Shown here piece after piece: positions 16,469-25,646 of a stretch of 64,000 nt of DNA. This stretch comes from Bacteroidales bacterium (GTDB lineage Bacteria; Bacteroidota; Bacteroidia; Bacteroidales; VadinHA17), in assembly GCA_034004115.1 (NCBI GenBank), contig JAVEXG010000003.1, positions 4,753-68,752 of the forward strand, in the 5' to 3' direction. Every line of letters begins with the position of its first letter. Positions within the stretch are counted from its first letter, which is position 1. The notes under the pieces were generated by a model that worked only from the letters and a program-made list of their open reading frames with translations, was not told where the DNA came from and made no database searches. Position numbers and translations under genes: made by a program.

Positions 16469-18031
16469 ATGACATCTTCCTTGCTCAGGAAATTAAGGAT
16501 TTTGTTTTCTTCAATTGTCCTGATTTGTTTCCTTTTCGTTTTTGCTGACTTCAGGTCAGCAGTACCGGAGAAATACATTAATTATCTTCTGTATCTTCAG
16601 TTTGTTCCTTCGGTACTTAAGTATATCAACCTGATGACAATGGCAGCGGGAGGTTTCATCATTGTGCTCCTGCTTACACTTCTTACCGGCAGGACTTACT
16701 GTTCATTTCTTTGTCCGCTGGGGATAGGGCAGGATCTCTTCAGCCGGATCGGAGGCAGGATCAAAAGGAAATTCAGGAGATTCGGATATAAAAAGCCGCA
16801 TACAATAATAAGGTACTCCCTGCTCGCCCTGACTCTTGGTACCGCAATTTTCTTCGGCCTTTACCTGGTCACTCTTCTTGATCCCTACAGCATATTCGGC
16901 CGGTTTATGACTTATCTGGGCGAGCCTGTGATTTTGCTTATAAATAACTTCCTTACATGGGTGCTGGGAAAATTCGATGTTTACACTCTCCATCATGTTG
17001 ATATCAGGGGATTCAACCCGATGACATATGCTGTTCCTGTCGCATTCTTTCTGCTTGTCGGTACAATGTCCTTTATAAAGGGAAGGCTTTACTGCAACAT
17101 GATCTGCCCGGTAGGTACTCTTCTTGGGCTGATTTCGAAGGTCTCGATATTCAGGATCAAATTCAGTGAAAGTAAATGCACCCGTTGCGGAAGGTGTTCT
17201 ATGAGATGCAAATCATCATGCATCGATTTCCTTAACTACAACATAGATGTCAGCCGCTGTGTAAATTGCTTCAACTGCATTGATGTTTGTCCTGAGAAAG
17301 CGCTATCCTATAGTTTTATAGCTTCTAAGGAAAAGCCCGCCAGCACTGACGAGGGCAGACGGAAATTTGTTGCCGGATCTCTTCTGATGCTTTTGGGGAT
17401 TAACTCCAGTGCCAGAAGCCAGGATCAGAATGGGGTTCCCGTTCCGCACAAAGAGTCGACTGTAAAAGAGCCAAGGAATTATCCGGTATGCCCTCCCGGG
17501 GCCGGATCGATGGAGGAATTCGCAGAATTCTGCACTGCATGTTCCCTCTGCATCAATGCATGTCCGAACAATGTCCTTCAGCCTGCCGTAATGCAATATG
17601 GAATTGCCGGATTCATGCAGCCGGTTATGGATTATCACAGGAGCTTCTGTACTTTTAACTGCACTGTCTGTACTGAAATATGTCCCACAAATGCTCTTAA
17701 ACCTCTTCTCCTTGAAGCTAAAAAGCTTACTCAGATAGGGAAGGTTTTCTTTATTAAGGATAACTGTATAGTCAAGACTGAGAAGACTGCCTGTGGAGCC
17801 TGCTCGGAAGCCTGTCCCACAAAGGCAGTATACATGGTGCCTTACGAAGGAAATCTGGTGATACCGGAGACCAATCAGGATATCTGCATCGGATGCGGAC
17901 ATTGCGAGTATGCATGTCCGGTTACACCTTACAAAGCCATATTCGTCGACGGAAATCCTGTTCACATGGCTGCCGCCAAACCCGAAATCAAGGAGGCCGA
18001 AATCACAACCCCGGAGGAGTTTCCTTTCTGA
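16469..18031 (+). CDS. membrane-bound polyferredoxin, NapH-like N-terminal half fused to NapG-like multi-[4Fe-4S] C-terminal half
   Basis: 520 aa. Several TM segments carry the 'CSFLCPLG' and 'CNMICPVG' CxxxCP motifs. A 2x[4Fe-4S]-type block follows ('CTRCGRCSMRC...CVNCFNCIDVCP'), then 'GRRKFVAGSLLMLLG', then four more Cys clusters ('CTACSLCINACP','CTVCTEICP','CGACSEACP','CIGCGHCEYACP'). Confidence 0.7.
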   Translation: MTSSLLRKLRILFSSIVLICFLFVFADFRSAVPEKYINYLLYLQFVPSVLKYINLMTMAAGGFIIVLLLTLLTGRTYCSFLCPLGIGQDLFSRIGGRIKRKFRRFGYKKPHTIIRYSLLALTLGTAIFFGLYLVTLLDPYSIFGRFMTYLGEPVILLINNFLTWVLGKFDVYTLHHVDIRGFNPMTYAVPVAFFLLVGTMSFIKGRLYCNMICPVGTLLGLISKVSIFRIKFSESKCTRCGRCSMRCKSSCIDFLNYNIDVSRCVNCFNCIDVCPEKALSYSFIASKEKPASTDEGRRKFVAGSLLMLLGINSSARSQDQNGVPVPHKESTVKEPRNYPVCPPGAGSMEEFAEFCTACSLCINACPNNVLQPAVMQYGIAGFMQPVMDYHRSFCTFNCTVCTEICPTNALKPLLLEAKKLTQIGKVFFIKDNCIVKTEKTACGACSEACPTKAVYMVPYEGNLVIPETNQDICIGCGHCEYACPVTPYKAIFVDGNPVHMAAAKPEIKEAEITTPEEFPF

Positions 18032-18071
18032 GACAGGGTACTTATTAAATTCTTGTCAAATATGATTTTTG

Positions 18072-18104
18072 TTTGCCTGAGCTATTTTTAAGCTGTTAAT
18101 TTTG
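18072..18104 (+). promoter_or_regulatory. candidate Bacteroidota promoter (-33 TTTG, 21-nt spacer, -7 TAATTTTG)
   Basis: TTTG at 18072..18075 and 'taattttg' at 18097..18104, which ends 33 nt upstream of the ATG at 18138. Confidence 0.4.
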
Positions 18105-18137
18105 CTTAAATTATAGTCATCAAAAACATGCTCTTTT

Positions 18138-18563
18138 ATGAAACCTACACATATAGAACATATTGGTATTGCAGTCGCCAATCTGGCCGAATCGGTGGCT
18201 TTTTATGAAAAGGTTCTCGGCCTGAAATGCTATAATATTGAGGAGGTTCCCGATCAGAAAGTCAGGACTGCTTTCTTTATGGTCGGACAGACAAAGATTG
18301 AACTGCTTGAGTCGACTGACCCTCAGGGTACTATTGCCCGCTTTATTGAGAAAAGGGGCGAGGGGATCCATCACATTGCGTTTGCCGTTGAAAACATTGA
18401 GGAAAAGCTAAAGCATGCTGAAAAGGAGGGGGTAAGACTGATCGACACCAGGCCAAGGAAAGGCGCTGAAGGCCTCGACATTGCATTCCTTCACCCCGGA
18501 TCGGCACATGGAGTTCTTATTGAGCTTTGCGAACATCCCGGTCACGAACAGCCGGAACAGTAA
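18138..18563 (+). CDS. mce: methylmalonyl-CoA epimerase (VOC/glyoxalase fold)
   Basis: 141 aa. '[24 protein letters not shown]' and 'GIHHIAFAV' are typical of this family, and it sits directly upstream of the carboxyltransferase. Confidence 0.85.
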   Translation: MKPTHIEHIGIAVANLAESVAFYEKVLGLKCYNIEEVPDQKVRTAFFMVGQTKIELLESTDPQGTIARFIEKRGEGIHHIAFAVENIEEKLKHAEKEGVRLIDTRPRKGAEGLDIAFLHPGSAHGVLIELCEHPGHEQPEQ

Positions 18564-18610
18564 TTCAGGATATACTACTTCATAACCAGTACACAAAACA
18601 CACATTATAT

Positions 18611-20170
18611 ATGGATAGCCAGGATAAGGTTAAGCAGCTTATCGAACTGAGAGAAAAAGCACGTCTCGGCGGAGGGTTGCAAAAAATTGAGGATCAGCAT
18701 TCCAAGGGAAGACTGACAGCCAGGGAACGGATAAACATTCTTCTCGATGAAGGAAGCTTTGAAGAGTTTGACATGTTTGTCACTCATCGTACCGAGGATT
18801 TCGGGATGGGGAAGAAGAAATTCCTGACCGACGGAGTGATAACAGGTCACGGGACCATCGACGGGAGGGTGGTGTATGTGTTTGCCCAGGACTTTACAAT
18901 CTTCGGCGGATCATTGTCTGAAGCCTTCTCGCAGAAAATATGCAAGGTTATGGATCAGGCTATGAAGGTCGGAGCGCCGGTTATCGGGATCAACGACAGC
19001 GGCGGAGCCCGTATTCAGGAAGGTGTAAAAAGTCTTGCCGGCTATGCTGAGATTTTTGAAAGAAATATTCTTGCTTCGGGGGTCATCCCCCAGATATCAG
19101 CGGTATTCGGCCCATGTGCGGGAGGTGCGGTTTATTCCCCGGCCCTCACCGATTTTATTATCATGAGCGAGAAAAATAGTTATATGTTCGTAACCGGTCC
19201 CAAAGTAACGAAGACGGTTACAGGTGAGGAAATATCGACAGAAAACCTTGGCGGCTCAGGCGTTCACGGAACAAAATCGGGTGTAGCTCATTTTGTCGTG
19301 GACGAAGAGGAACAGGGTCTTATGCTTATCCGTAAACTGCTGAGCTATCTCCCGCAAAATAATATGGAGGAACCTCCTCTTACCGAATGCGACGATCCGA
19401 TCGACCGCAAGGAAGATGATCTTAACAGCCTGATACCGGAAAACGCAAATCAGCCCTATGATGTTAAGGATGTTATTTTCAAAATCGTTGATTACAGCGA
19501 GTTTCTTGAGATTCACGCGGGATATGCAAGAAACATAGTTGTCGGTTTTGCCAAGATGGCAGGAATGCCGGTTGGTATTGTAGCCAATCAGCCAGGCTTC
19601 CTGGCAGGCGTCCTTGATATTGATGCATCGAGAAAAGCTGCAAGGTTTGTAAGGTTCTGCGATGCTTTCAATGTTCCCATCGTAACACTTGTTGATGTAC
19701 CGGGCTTTCTGCCGGGAAGCGGACAGGAATATGGCGGCATAATTATCCATGGCGCCAAGCTTATGTTCGCCTATGGTGAAGCCACCGTCCCAAAAGTTAC
19801 TGTTACGCTGCGGAAATCATACGGCGGGGCACATTGCGTCATGTCGTCCAAACAACTGCGAGGTGACGTGAATTACGCCTGGCCTTCGGCTGAGATTGCC
19901 GTAATGGGTCCATCAGGTGCAATTGAAATTCTCGAGGGAAAAGCTCTTGCGGAAATAAGCGATCAGGAAGAAAAAGCGGCTTTCATTGCCGAAAAGGAGA
20001 ATGAGTACCGTACCAAGTTTGCCAATCCTTATGAGGCAGCAAAATACGGCTTTATCGATGACGTGATAGAGCCCCGGAACACTCGCTTCAGGATAATAAG
20101 GGCCCTGAGAACCCTTGCAACCAAAAAGGATCCGGGACCAATGAAGAAACATGCTAATATACCATTGTAA
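18611..20170 (+). CDS. mmdA: methylmalonyl-CoA decarboxylase alpha subunit / acyl-CoA carboxyltransferase (12S type)
   Basis: The track ORF starts at 18527 but overlaps mce. The internal ATG at 18611 gives '[22 protein letters not shown]...', the canonical N-terminus. '[13 protein letters not shown]' and '[16 protein letters not shown]' are present. Confidence 0.9.
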   Translation: MDSQDKVKQLIELREKARLGGGLQKIEDQHSKGRLTARERINILLDEGSFEEFDMFVTHRTEDFGMGKKKFLTDGVITGHGTIDGRVVYVFAQDFTIFGGSLSEAFSQKICKVMDQAMKVGAPVIGINDSGGARIQEGVKSLAGYAEIFERNILASGVIPQISAVFGPCAGGAVYSPALTDFIIMSEKNSYMFVTGPKVTKTVTGEEISTENLGGSGVHGTKSGVAHFVVDEEEQGLMLIRKLLSYLPQNNMEEPPLTECDDPIDRKEDDLNSLIPENANQPYDVKDVIFKIVDYSEFLEIHAGYARNIVVGFAKMAGMPVGIVANQPGFLAGVLDIDASRKAARFVRFCDAFNVPIVTLVDVPGFLPGSGQEYGGIIIHGAKLMFAYGEATVPKVTVTLRKSYGGAHCVMSSKQLRGDVNYAWPSAEIAVMGPSGAIEILEGKALAEISDQEEKAAFIAEKENEYRTKFANPYEAAKYGFIDDVIEPRNTRFRIIRALRTLATKKDPGPMKKHANIPL

Positions 20171-20183
20171 ACAGAGTCCGGCC

Positions 20184-20546
20184 ATGAGTTATCTTTCATT
20201 AAATCTGTTAAGCCTCTACCTTGATGATGCAGCTGCTGTGCGGCTGCTGATAGTGCTTAACATAATCCTGTTATCAATCATATTGCTGTGGTTTATTATC
20301 AGGATACTGGTTCCACTGATAGGGAAACTACTTGCAGGGCGTAAGGAAAAAGCGGCTGCTGCAGAAACCGTTATCCCTGATCCCTCGGAAACCGGCTCAG
20401 ATGCAGAAGCCGCGATAGCCACAGCTCTTTACCTGTATTTCAATGAGATGCACGACGAAGAGAGCGACATCATCACTGTTAAGAGGGTATCGAAGACTTA
20501 TTCACCATGGAGCTCAAAGCTATACAGTATGAGGAATTTAAGGTGA
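20184..20546 (+). CDS. OadG-like small membrane subunit of a Na+-translocating decarboxylase
   Basis: About 120 aa from the ATG at 20184. It has one TM helix ('LLIVLNIILLSIILLWFIIRILV') and the C-terminal 'AAIATALYLYFNEMHDEESDIITV...SPWSSK' that I associate with Bacteroidota OadG-family proteins. Its position between carboxyltransferase and biotin carrier supports the call. Confidence 0.6.
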   Translation: MSYLSLNLLSLYLDDAAAVRLLIVLNIILLSIILLWFIIRILVPLIGKLLAGRKEKAAAAETVIPDPSETGSDAEAAIATALYLYFNEMHDEESDIITVKRVSKTYSPWSSKLYSMRNLR

Positions 20547-20593
20547 TTTTATTCAGACAGGGAATCTCAAATTGATCATGTAAGAAAAAAAAT

Positions 20594-21013
20594 ATGAAGA
20601 ACTTCAAGTTTTTAGTAAGAGGGAAGAAATACGATGTGAGCATTCTGTCCCTTACCGGAAATGTGGCAAAGCTGAAGGTGAATGATGAGGATTACGTTGT
20701 GGAGATAGAAAGGAACGTTAAACCCGATAAAACCCCGATTGTTGTGCGATCTACAATCAAGGAGCCCCAGAAGGAAATTGAGAAGAAAACGGGAGGCCCG
20801 AAAACGGAAGTTAAATCTCCGCTTCCCGGGATCATTGTCAGGATATTTGTTAAGCCGGGAGATACTGTTGCAAAGAACCAGCCCCTCTTCACCCTTGAAG
20901 CAATGAAGATGGAAAATGAAATCAAGGCGGAGCGCGACGGCGTGATCTCAGGCGTGAAAGTTACGGCAGGACAGACAGTTCTGCAGGATGAGGTTATAAT
21001 GGAGATGGATTGA
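20594..21013 (+). CDS. biotin carboxyl carrier protein (biotinyl domain)
   Basis: 139 aa. Biotinylation motif 'LEAMKMENEIKA' in a C-terminal lipoyl/biotinyl fold. Confidence 0.9.
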   Translation: MKNFKFLVRGKKYDVSILSLTGNVAKLKVNDEDYVVEIERNVKPDKTPIVVRSTIKEPQKEIEKKTGGPKTEVKSPLPGIIVRIFVKPGDTVAKNQPLFTLEAMKMENEIKAERDGVISGVKVTAGQTVLQDEVIMEMD

Positions 21014-21044
21014 TCTGCTTTTAAACATCTATAATCCCGGCATC

Positions 21045-22274
21045 ATGGATATCAACTGTGCAACATCAGGAAATTCAGGTCCCAAAATCAGGTCCGACTG
21101 CCAGATTACACTCTGTCTGAAGAGCGAGGGAGGGATCTCGACAGATCTGAAATCGAAGGTGGAAACCCTTTATGGAGAATCCATCCGGACGCTGTGCTCG
21201 GATATGCTGCGCTATTTCGGAATTGAGAACGCTCATCTTGTAATAGATGATTCCGGAGCACTGCCTTTTGTTATTATGGCCCGGATGGAAGCCGCTGTTA
21301 AGAAACTGACCGCATCGGGAATTAGCTTTCTCCCTGATTTCCCCGAAGCTTACAAGTATTCAACCCCGCGCGACAGATTCCGTTTTTCTAGACTTTATCT
21401 GCCGGGGAACACTCCAAGCCTTATGATAAATGCGGGGCTTCACTCGGCCGACGGGATCATCCTCGACCTGGAAGACTCGGTGGCGCCCGACAGGAAGGAC
21501 GAGGCAAGGATTCTTGTGAGGAATGCCCTCCGCCAGCTCGATTTCAGGGGTGCGGAAAGGATGGTGAGGATAAATCAGGGTGACAGGGGGATGGACGATC
21601 TCGATTCCGTGATACCCCAGAATGTGAATCTCATACTGTTGCCAAAATGCGAGACCGCTGAAAACGTGAAGGAAGTCGCAATGCGAATCAGGGATATTAA
21701 GGCAGGATCCGGAGCAGACAATCCGGTTTACCTGATGCCGATAATTGAAAGTGCAATGGGAGTGGAGATGGCATTCGAAATTGCCGGAGCCGATGAAAGT
21801 GTTGTTGCAATGGCTGTCGGACTGGAGGACCTTACAGCCGATATGGGAGTGCGAAGGACTGCTGAAGGGAATGAAACACTCTATGCCAGGACAAGGATAG
21901 TAAATGCTGCCAAGGCTGCCCGGATCCAGCCGATTGATTCGGTTTTCCCTGATGTAGGCGATATAGAAGGTCTCCGCCGGAATGTTGCAGTCTCAAAATC
22001 TCTCGGATTCGAGGGCATGGGTTGCATTCACCCCAGGCAGGTTGCAGTAATAAGACAGGGTTTTGCCCCGGAACAGGAAGAAATTGAAAAGGCCAGGAGA
22101 ATCGTGCTGGCTTATGAGGATGCACTTTCTAAAGGTCTGGGGGTTGTTGCCCTGGGTTCAAAAATGATTGATCCCCCGGTTGTTGCCCGTGCCATGAAGG
22201 CTATCGATCTGGCTGTCAGGCTCGGTCTCATTGATCCGGGATGGAGAGATGAATCTTCGGCTGAAGTGAATTAA
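21045..22274 (+). CDS. citDE: fused citrate lyase acyl-carrier protein (CitD, N-terminal ~100 aa) and citryl-ACP lyase beta subunit (CitE)
   Basis: 409 aa. The N-terminus '...IRSDCQITL...KVETLYGESIRT...VIDDSGALPFVIMARMEAAV' aligns by eye with E. coli CitD. The remainder ('RLYLPGNTPSLMINAG..ADGIILDLEDSVAP...IHPRQV...GVVALGSKMIDPPVV') aligns with CitE. Confidence 0.85.
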   Translation: MDINCATSGNSGPKIRSDCQITLCLKSEGGISTDLKSKVETLYGESIRTLCSDMLRYFGIENAHLVIDDSGALPFVIMARMEAAVKKLTASGISFLPDFPEAYKYSTPRDRFRFSRLYLPGNTPSLMINAGLHSADGIILDLEDSVAPDRKDEARILVRNALRQLDFRGAERMVRINQGDRGMDDLDSVIPQNVNLILLPKCETAENVKEVAMRIRDIKAGSGADNPVYLMPIIESAMGVEMAFEIAGADESVVAMAVGLEDLTADMGVRRTAEGNETLYARTRIVNAAKAARIQPIDSVFPDVGDIEGLRRNVAVSKSLGFEGMGCIHPRQVAVIRQGFAPEQEEIEKARRIVLAYEDALSKGLGVVALGSKMIDPPVVARAMKAIDLAVRLGLIDPGWRDESSAEVN

Positions 22275-22295
22275 TCAACTTAAATATTGCTTATC

Positions 22296-23852
22296 ATGTC
22301 GATTCCGACTGTAATAAATGCCGCGGGCAGAGCTGTCCCGGCAGAAATTAACGGAAAACCTGCAATCCCTTTCAGGGGAGTCGGAAAATACAGGCCCTCG
22401 GGAAATAAGTATGGCCCTCCCATTCCTTCATGCACAGATTTTCCCGCCGATGGAAACAAAGTGGTGTCAACCCTCGAGGAGGCTCTTCTGCGATGCGGCA
22501 TCCGCGATGGGATGACAATATCCACTCATCATCACCTCAGGGACGGAGACCTGATCAGCAACAGGATCTTCGATATAGCCTCGAGAATGGGAGTGAAGGA
22601 CCTTGTCTGGTTCCCTTCTGCTTCTTTCCCCTGCAATGACCCTGTGATCAAATACCTCGAGGATGGAACGATAAACAGGATAGAAGGAAGCATGAATGGT
22701 CCCCTGGGAAGGTTCGTATCGGAAGGAAGGATGAAGGGTACTGCGGTACTGCGGTCGCATGGGGGACGTGTACAGGCAATCCAGGACGGTGAGGTAAAAA
22801 TCGACATAGCAGTTCTTGCTGCACCAACTGCTGATTCCTTTGGCAACGCAAAGGGGACCGGGGGAAATTCTGCATGCGGGGTACTTGGTTATGCCAAGGC
22901 CGATTCGATGTATGCCGGCAAGGTGATTGTTGTTACCGATAACCTCGTCGATATCCCGTGCTTCCCGATGGAAATAGAAGGTAACTATGTCGACTATGTA
23001 GTGGTAGTCGATAAGATCGGGATCCCTGAAAAGATTGTTTCCGGAACCACCCAGATTACAAAAAGCCCCGACAGGCTGCTTATTGCGGAACTTACCGCAG
23101 CATTTCTTGAGAAGTCGGGCATCTTAAAGGATGGTGTCAGAATGCAGGCCGGTGCAGGGGGTACATCTCTTGCTATCGGGGTGTTTATTCATGAGATACT
23201 CAGGGAAAAAAGCTGGAAATCGAAATTCGGATTCGGAGGCAGTACAAGGTATATGGTTGAAATGCTTGAGAGCGGACAAATGGAATACATCCTCGACGCA
23301 CAGGTATTTGACCTCGAATCGGTTGACTCTATTTCAAGAAATGCCAACCATGTGCCGTACTCAGTATTTAATGCTTATAACTTTCATTCCAAGGGCAACC
23401 TGACCAGCATGATGGATATTATGATACTCGGGGCAACCGAGGTCGATCTGAACTTCAACGGGAATGTGGTGACACACTCCGATGGTTACCTGCTTCATGG
23501 CATAGGGGGCTGGCAGAATTGTCTTCATGCGCGCAACGTAATACTTCCGGTGCCATTGTTCCGCGACAGGATTCCTGTAATAGTTGACGAGGTCACAACC
23601 CTTTGCGGCCCGGGCGAACTAATCGATGTAGTTATCACAGAGAGGGGCATTGCAATAAATCCCCTCCGCCAGGATCTGATCGAGAGTGTGAAGAACAGCG
23701 GCCTGCCGCTAACTACAATTGAACAGCTGAAGATGGAAGCTGAAAGGATCTGCGGGAAACCTTCAAAGCCTCAGTTCGATGATAAAATAGTTGCTGCAAT
23801 AAAATGGGTCGACGGGACAATTATTGATACAGTCAGAAAAATCAAAAAGTAA
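22296..23852 (+). CDS. citF: citrate lyase alpha subunit (citrate CoA-transferase)
   Basis: 'LEEALLRCGIRDGMTISTHHHLRDGD', 'LRSHGGRVQAIQDGEVKIDIAVL' and 'FGNAKGTGGNSACGVLGYA' align closely with E. coli CitF as I remember it. I prefer the ATG at 22296 over the TTG at 22287. Confidence 0.9.
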   Translation: MSIPTVINAAGRAVPAEINGKPAIPFRGVGKYRPSGNKYGPPIPSCTDFPADGNKVVSTLEEALLRCGIRDGMTISTHHHLRDGDLISNRIFDIASRMGVKDLVWFPSASFPCNDPVIKYLEDGTINRIEGSMNGPLGRFVSEGRMKGTAVLRSHGGRVQAIQDGEVKIDIAVLAAPTADSFGNAKGTGGNSACGVLGYAKADSMYAGKVIVVTDNLVDIPCFPMEIEGNYVDYVVVVDKIGIPEKIVSGTTQITKSPDRLLIAELTAAFLEKSGILKDGVRMQAGAGGTSLAIGVFIHEILREKSWKSKFGFGGSTRYMVEMLESGQMEYILDAQVFDLESVDSISRNANHVPYSVFNAYNFHSKGNLTSMMDIMILGATEVDLNFNGNVVTHSDGYLLHGIGGWQNCLHARNVILPVPLFRDRIPVIVDEVTTLCGPGELIDVVITERGIAINPLRQDLIESVKNSGLPLTTIEQLKMEAERICGKPSKPQFDDKIVAAIKWVDGTIIDTVRKIKK

Positions 23853-23863
23853 AAGATTGTTAA

Positions 23864-24025
23864 ATGGGAAGATATAAGTGCGTCATCTGTGGATTCGTTT
23901 ATGATCCTGAAGAAGGGGATCCTCATTCCGGAATTGATCCGGGTACTGATTTCAGCGATCTGCCTGATGATTATATATGTCCTGTGTGCGGGGCGGGAAA
24001 GGATGAGTTCTTTGCCGCCGACTGA
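23864..24025 (+). CDS. rubredoxin
   Basis: Not in the ORF track because it is under 60 aa. My translation is [53 protein letters not shown] (53 aa). It has the two CxxCG knuckles and the conserved 'Y.P..GD' and 'F..LP.D' motifs. It starts 11 nt after the citF stop. Confidence 0.92.
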   Translation: MGRYKCVICGFVYDPEEGDPHSGIDPGTDFSDLPDDYICPVCGAGKDEFFAAD

Positions 24026-24042
24026 CCAATAAATCAGGGTGG

Positions 24043-25515
24043 TTACTTTCCTCCGGTAACGTCAGGAATCCTTCCTATCACATCAATAAGCAGGTCCCAG
24101 AACATCTCAACTGTATCAATTTTTATCTTTTCTTCAGGTGTATGAGCCCCTCTGATTGTCGGACCGATTGAAATCATGTCAATCCCATGGAATTTCTCGT
24201 AAATCAGTCCGCATTCCAGACCGGCATGTATTGCCCTGGCCAGCGGCTTTCTCCCAAAAAGCTTTTCGTACGATTCAGTTGTTATCCTGAGTATTTCCGA
24301 TCTTAAGTCCGGTTTCCATCCGGGGTAGCCGTCAGAATGCAACACCCCGGCATTTGCAAGTTTAAGGCATTTTTCCACCATCCCGGAAACTTCGTGTTTC
24401 GACGACTCAACAGAGCTTCGCTGAGCAGTTACAATCCGTATCCTGTTGTTATCCTCAAAACTGACTGAGGCCAGGTTTGTGGAGGTCTCAACCAGGTCTT
24501 CCATGTCTTCCGACCAGGCTATTACGCCGTGCGGGCAGCAATCCAGTGCCCTGATCAGTTTATCCTGGCTTTCCCTGTCCATTACCGTAAGAGGAGCCGG
24601 GATTTCGGTAATAGCAAGTTTAATATCCTTTTCGGTTTCAGCAAATTCTTCTGCAAGCCTTCTGCCGCTTTCCTCCATCCAACTTACTATCTCCTTACCG
24701 TTAGCCCGATCGGCTGCAATCACAGCAAAAGCTTCCCGCGGAATCGCATTCCTGAGATTGCCCCCGTTGAAGCTGTTTACCGATATTCCGTATTTATGGG
24801 CAAGGGAAGACAGAATTGAGTTCATAATCTTCACGGAATTGCCGTATCCTTTATGGATCTCATCCCCTGAATGGCCACCGCGAAGCCCGGTTAAGGAGAT
24901 TTTGAAACCGATGCTTCCGTCACTGGCAGGGATGCTTTTGTAATAGAAGTCTCCAATTGTATCTATGCCCCCGGCACATCCGATGTAAAGGATTCCTTCA
25001 TCTTCCGAATCGAGGTTGATAAGTGTCTTTCCTTCAAAAAAACCAGGTTTCAGAGCCAGGGCACCAGTCATTCCGGATTCCTCATCAACGGTGAAGAGGC
25101 ATTCGATCTTGCCTGTTTTTATTGTAAGGTCAGTGAGGATGGCAAGCTGCGACGCAATTCCTATACCGTCGTCAGCGCCCAGAGTAGTCCCTCTGGCAGC
25201 AACGTGGCCGTCAACTATGTAGGGAATGATGGGATCGGTAAGCCAGTTGTGAGGATAATCGGCATTTTTTTCTCCCACCATATCCATGTGACTCTGCAGA
25301 ACAATGCACTTCCGGAGCTCGTATCCCGGTGAGGGCGGCCTGGTGATAAGAATATTACCGATTGTGTCTTCCTTTGATTCGAGTTTATGCTCCGCCGCAA
25401 AATCGAGAAGATATTTTCTGATCTTACCTTCGTTTTTGCTTAAACGCGGTATCCTGCATATCTCTTCGAAATAGATCCAGATTGGCGCCGGACTTAAATG
25501 AGATAAGGTGCTCAT
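24043..25515 (-). CDS. pepD: aminoacyl-histidine dipeptidase (M20C, PepD-like)
   Basis: 490 aa. 'IWIYFEEICRIPRLSKNE', 'LQSHMDMV' and 'GADDGIG' are M20 metal-site motifs. Confidence 0.85.
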   Translation of the reverse strand: MSTLSHLSPAPIWIYFEEICRIPRLSKNEGKIRKYLLDFAAEHKLESKEDTIGNILITRPPSPGYELRKCIVLQSHMDMVGEKNADYPHNWLTDPIIPYIVDGHVAARGTTLGADDGIGIASQLAILTDLTIKTGKIECLFTVDEESGMTGALALKPGFFEGKTLINLDSEDEGILYIGCAGGIDTIGDFYYKSIPASDGSIGFKISLTGLRGGHSGDEIHKGYGNSVKIMNSILSSLAHKYGISVNSFNGGNLRNAIPREAFAVIAADRANGKEIVSWMEESGRRLAEEFAETEKDIKLAITEIPAPLTVMDRESQDKLIRALDCCPHGVIAWSEDMEDLVETSTNLASVSFEDNNRIRIVTAQRSSVESSKHEVSGMVEKCLKLANAGVLHSDGYPGWKPDLRSEILRITTESYEKLFGRKPLARAIHAGLECGLIYEKFHGIDMISIGPTIRGAHTPEEKIKIDTVEMFWDLLIDVIGRIPDVTGGK

Positions 25516-25646
25516 GCTTTTAATGTAGCGTTAATGGATCAAAAGTACAGCTTTTTTATTAGTTAAGTTAAGTGATTATGAATTATAACAAGCTGATATA
25601 CTTAATTTTTGTTAAATTTACGGAGCAATGAAAATTCAGGTTACAT

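Noticed and set aside
18527-18610. A 28-codon N-terminal extension of the carboxyltransferase ORF as given in the track.
   Set aside because: The extension overlaps the last 37 nt of the epimerase gene and translates to non-conserved basic sequence. The canonical carboxyltransferase N-terminus begins at the ATG at 18611.
22318-22875. A cluster of short ORFs on both strands within the 5' part of citF.
   Set aside because: The citF frame aligns with E. coli CitF across this whole interval, so the alternatives are shadow ORFs.
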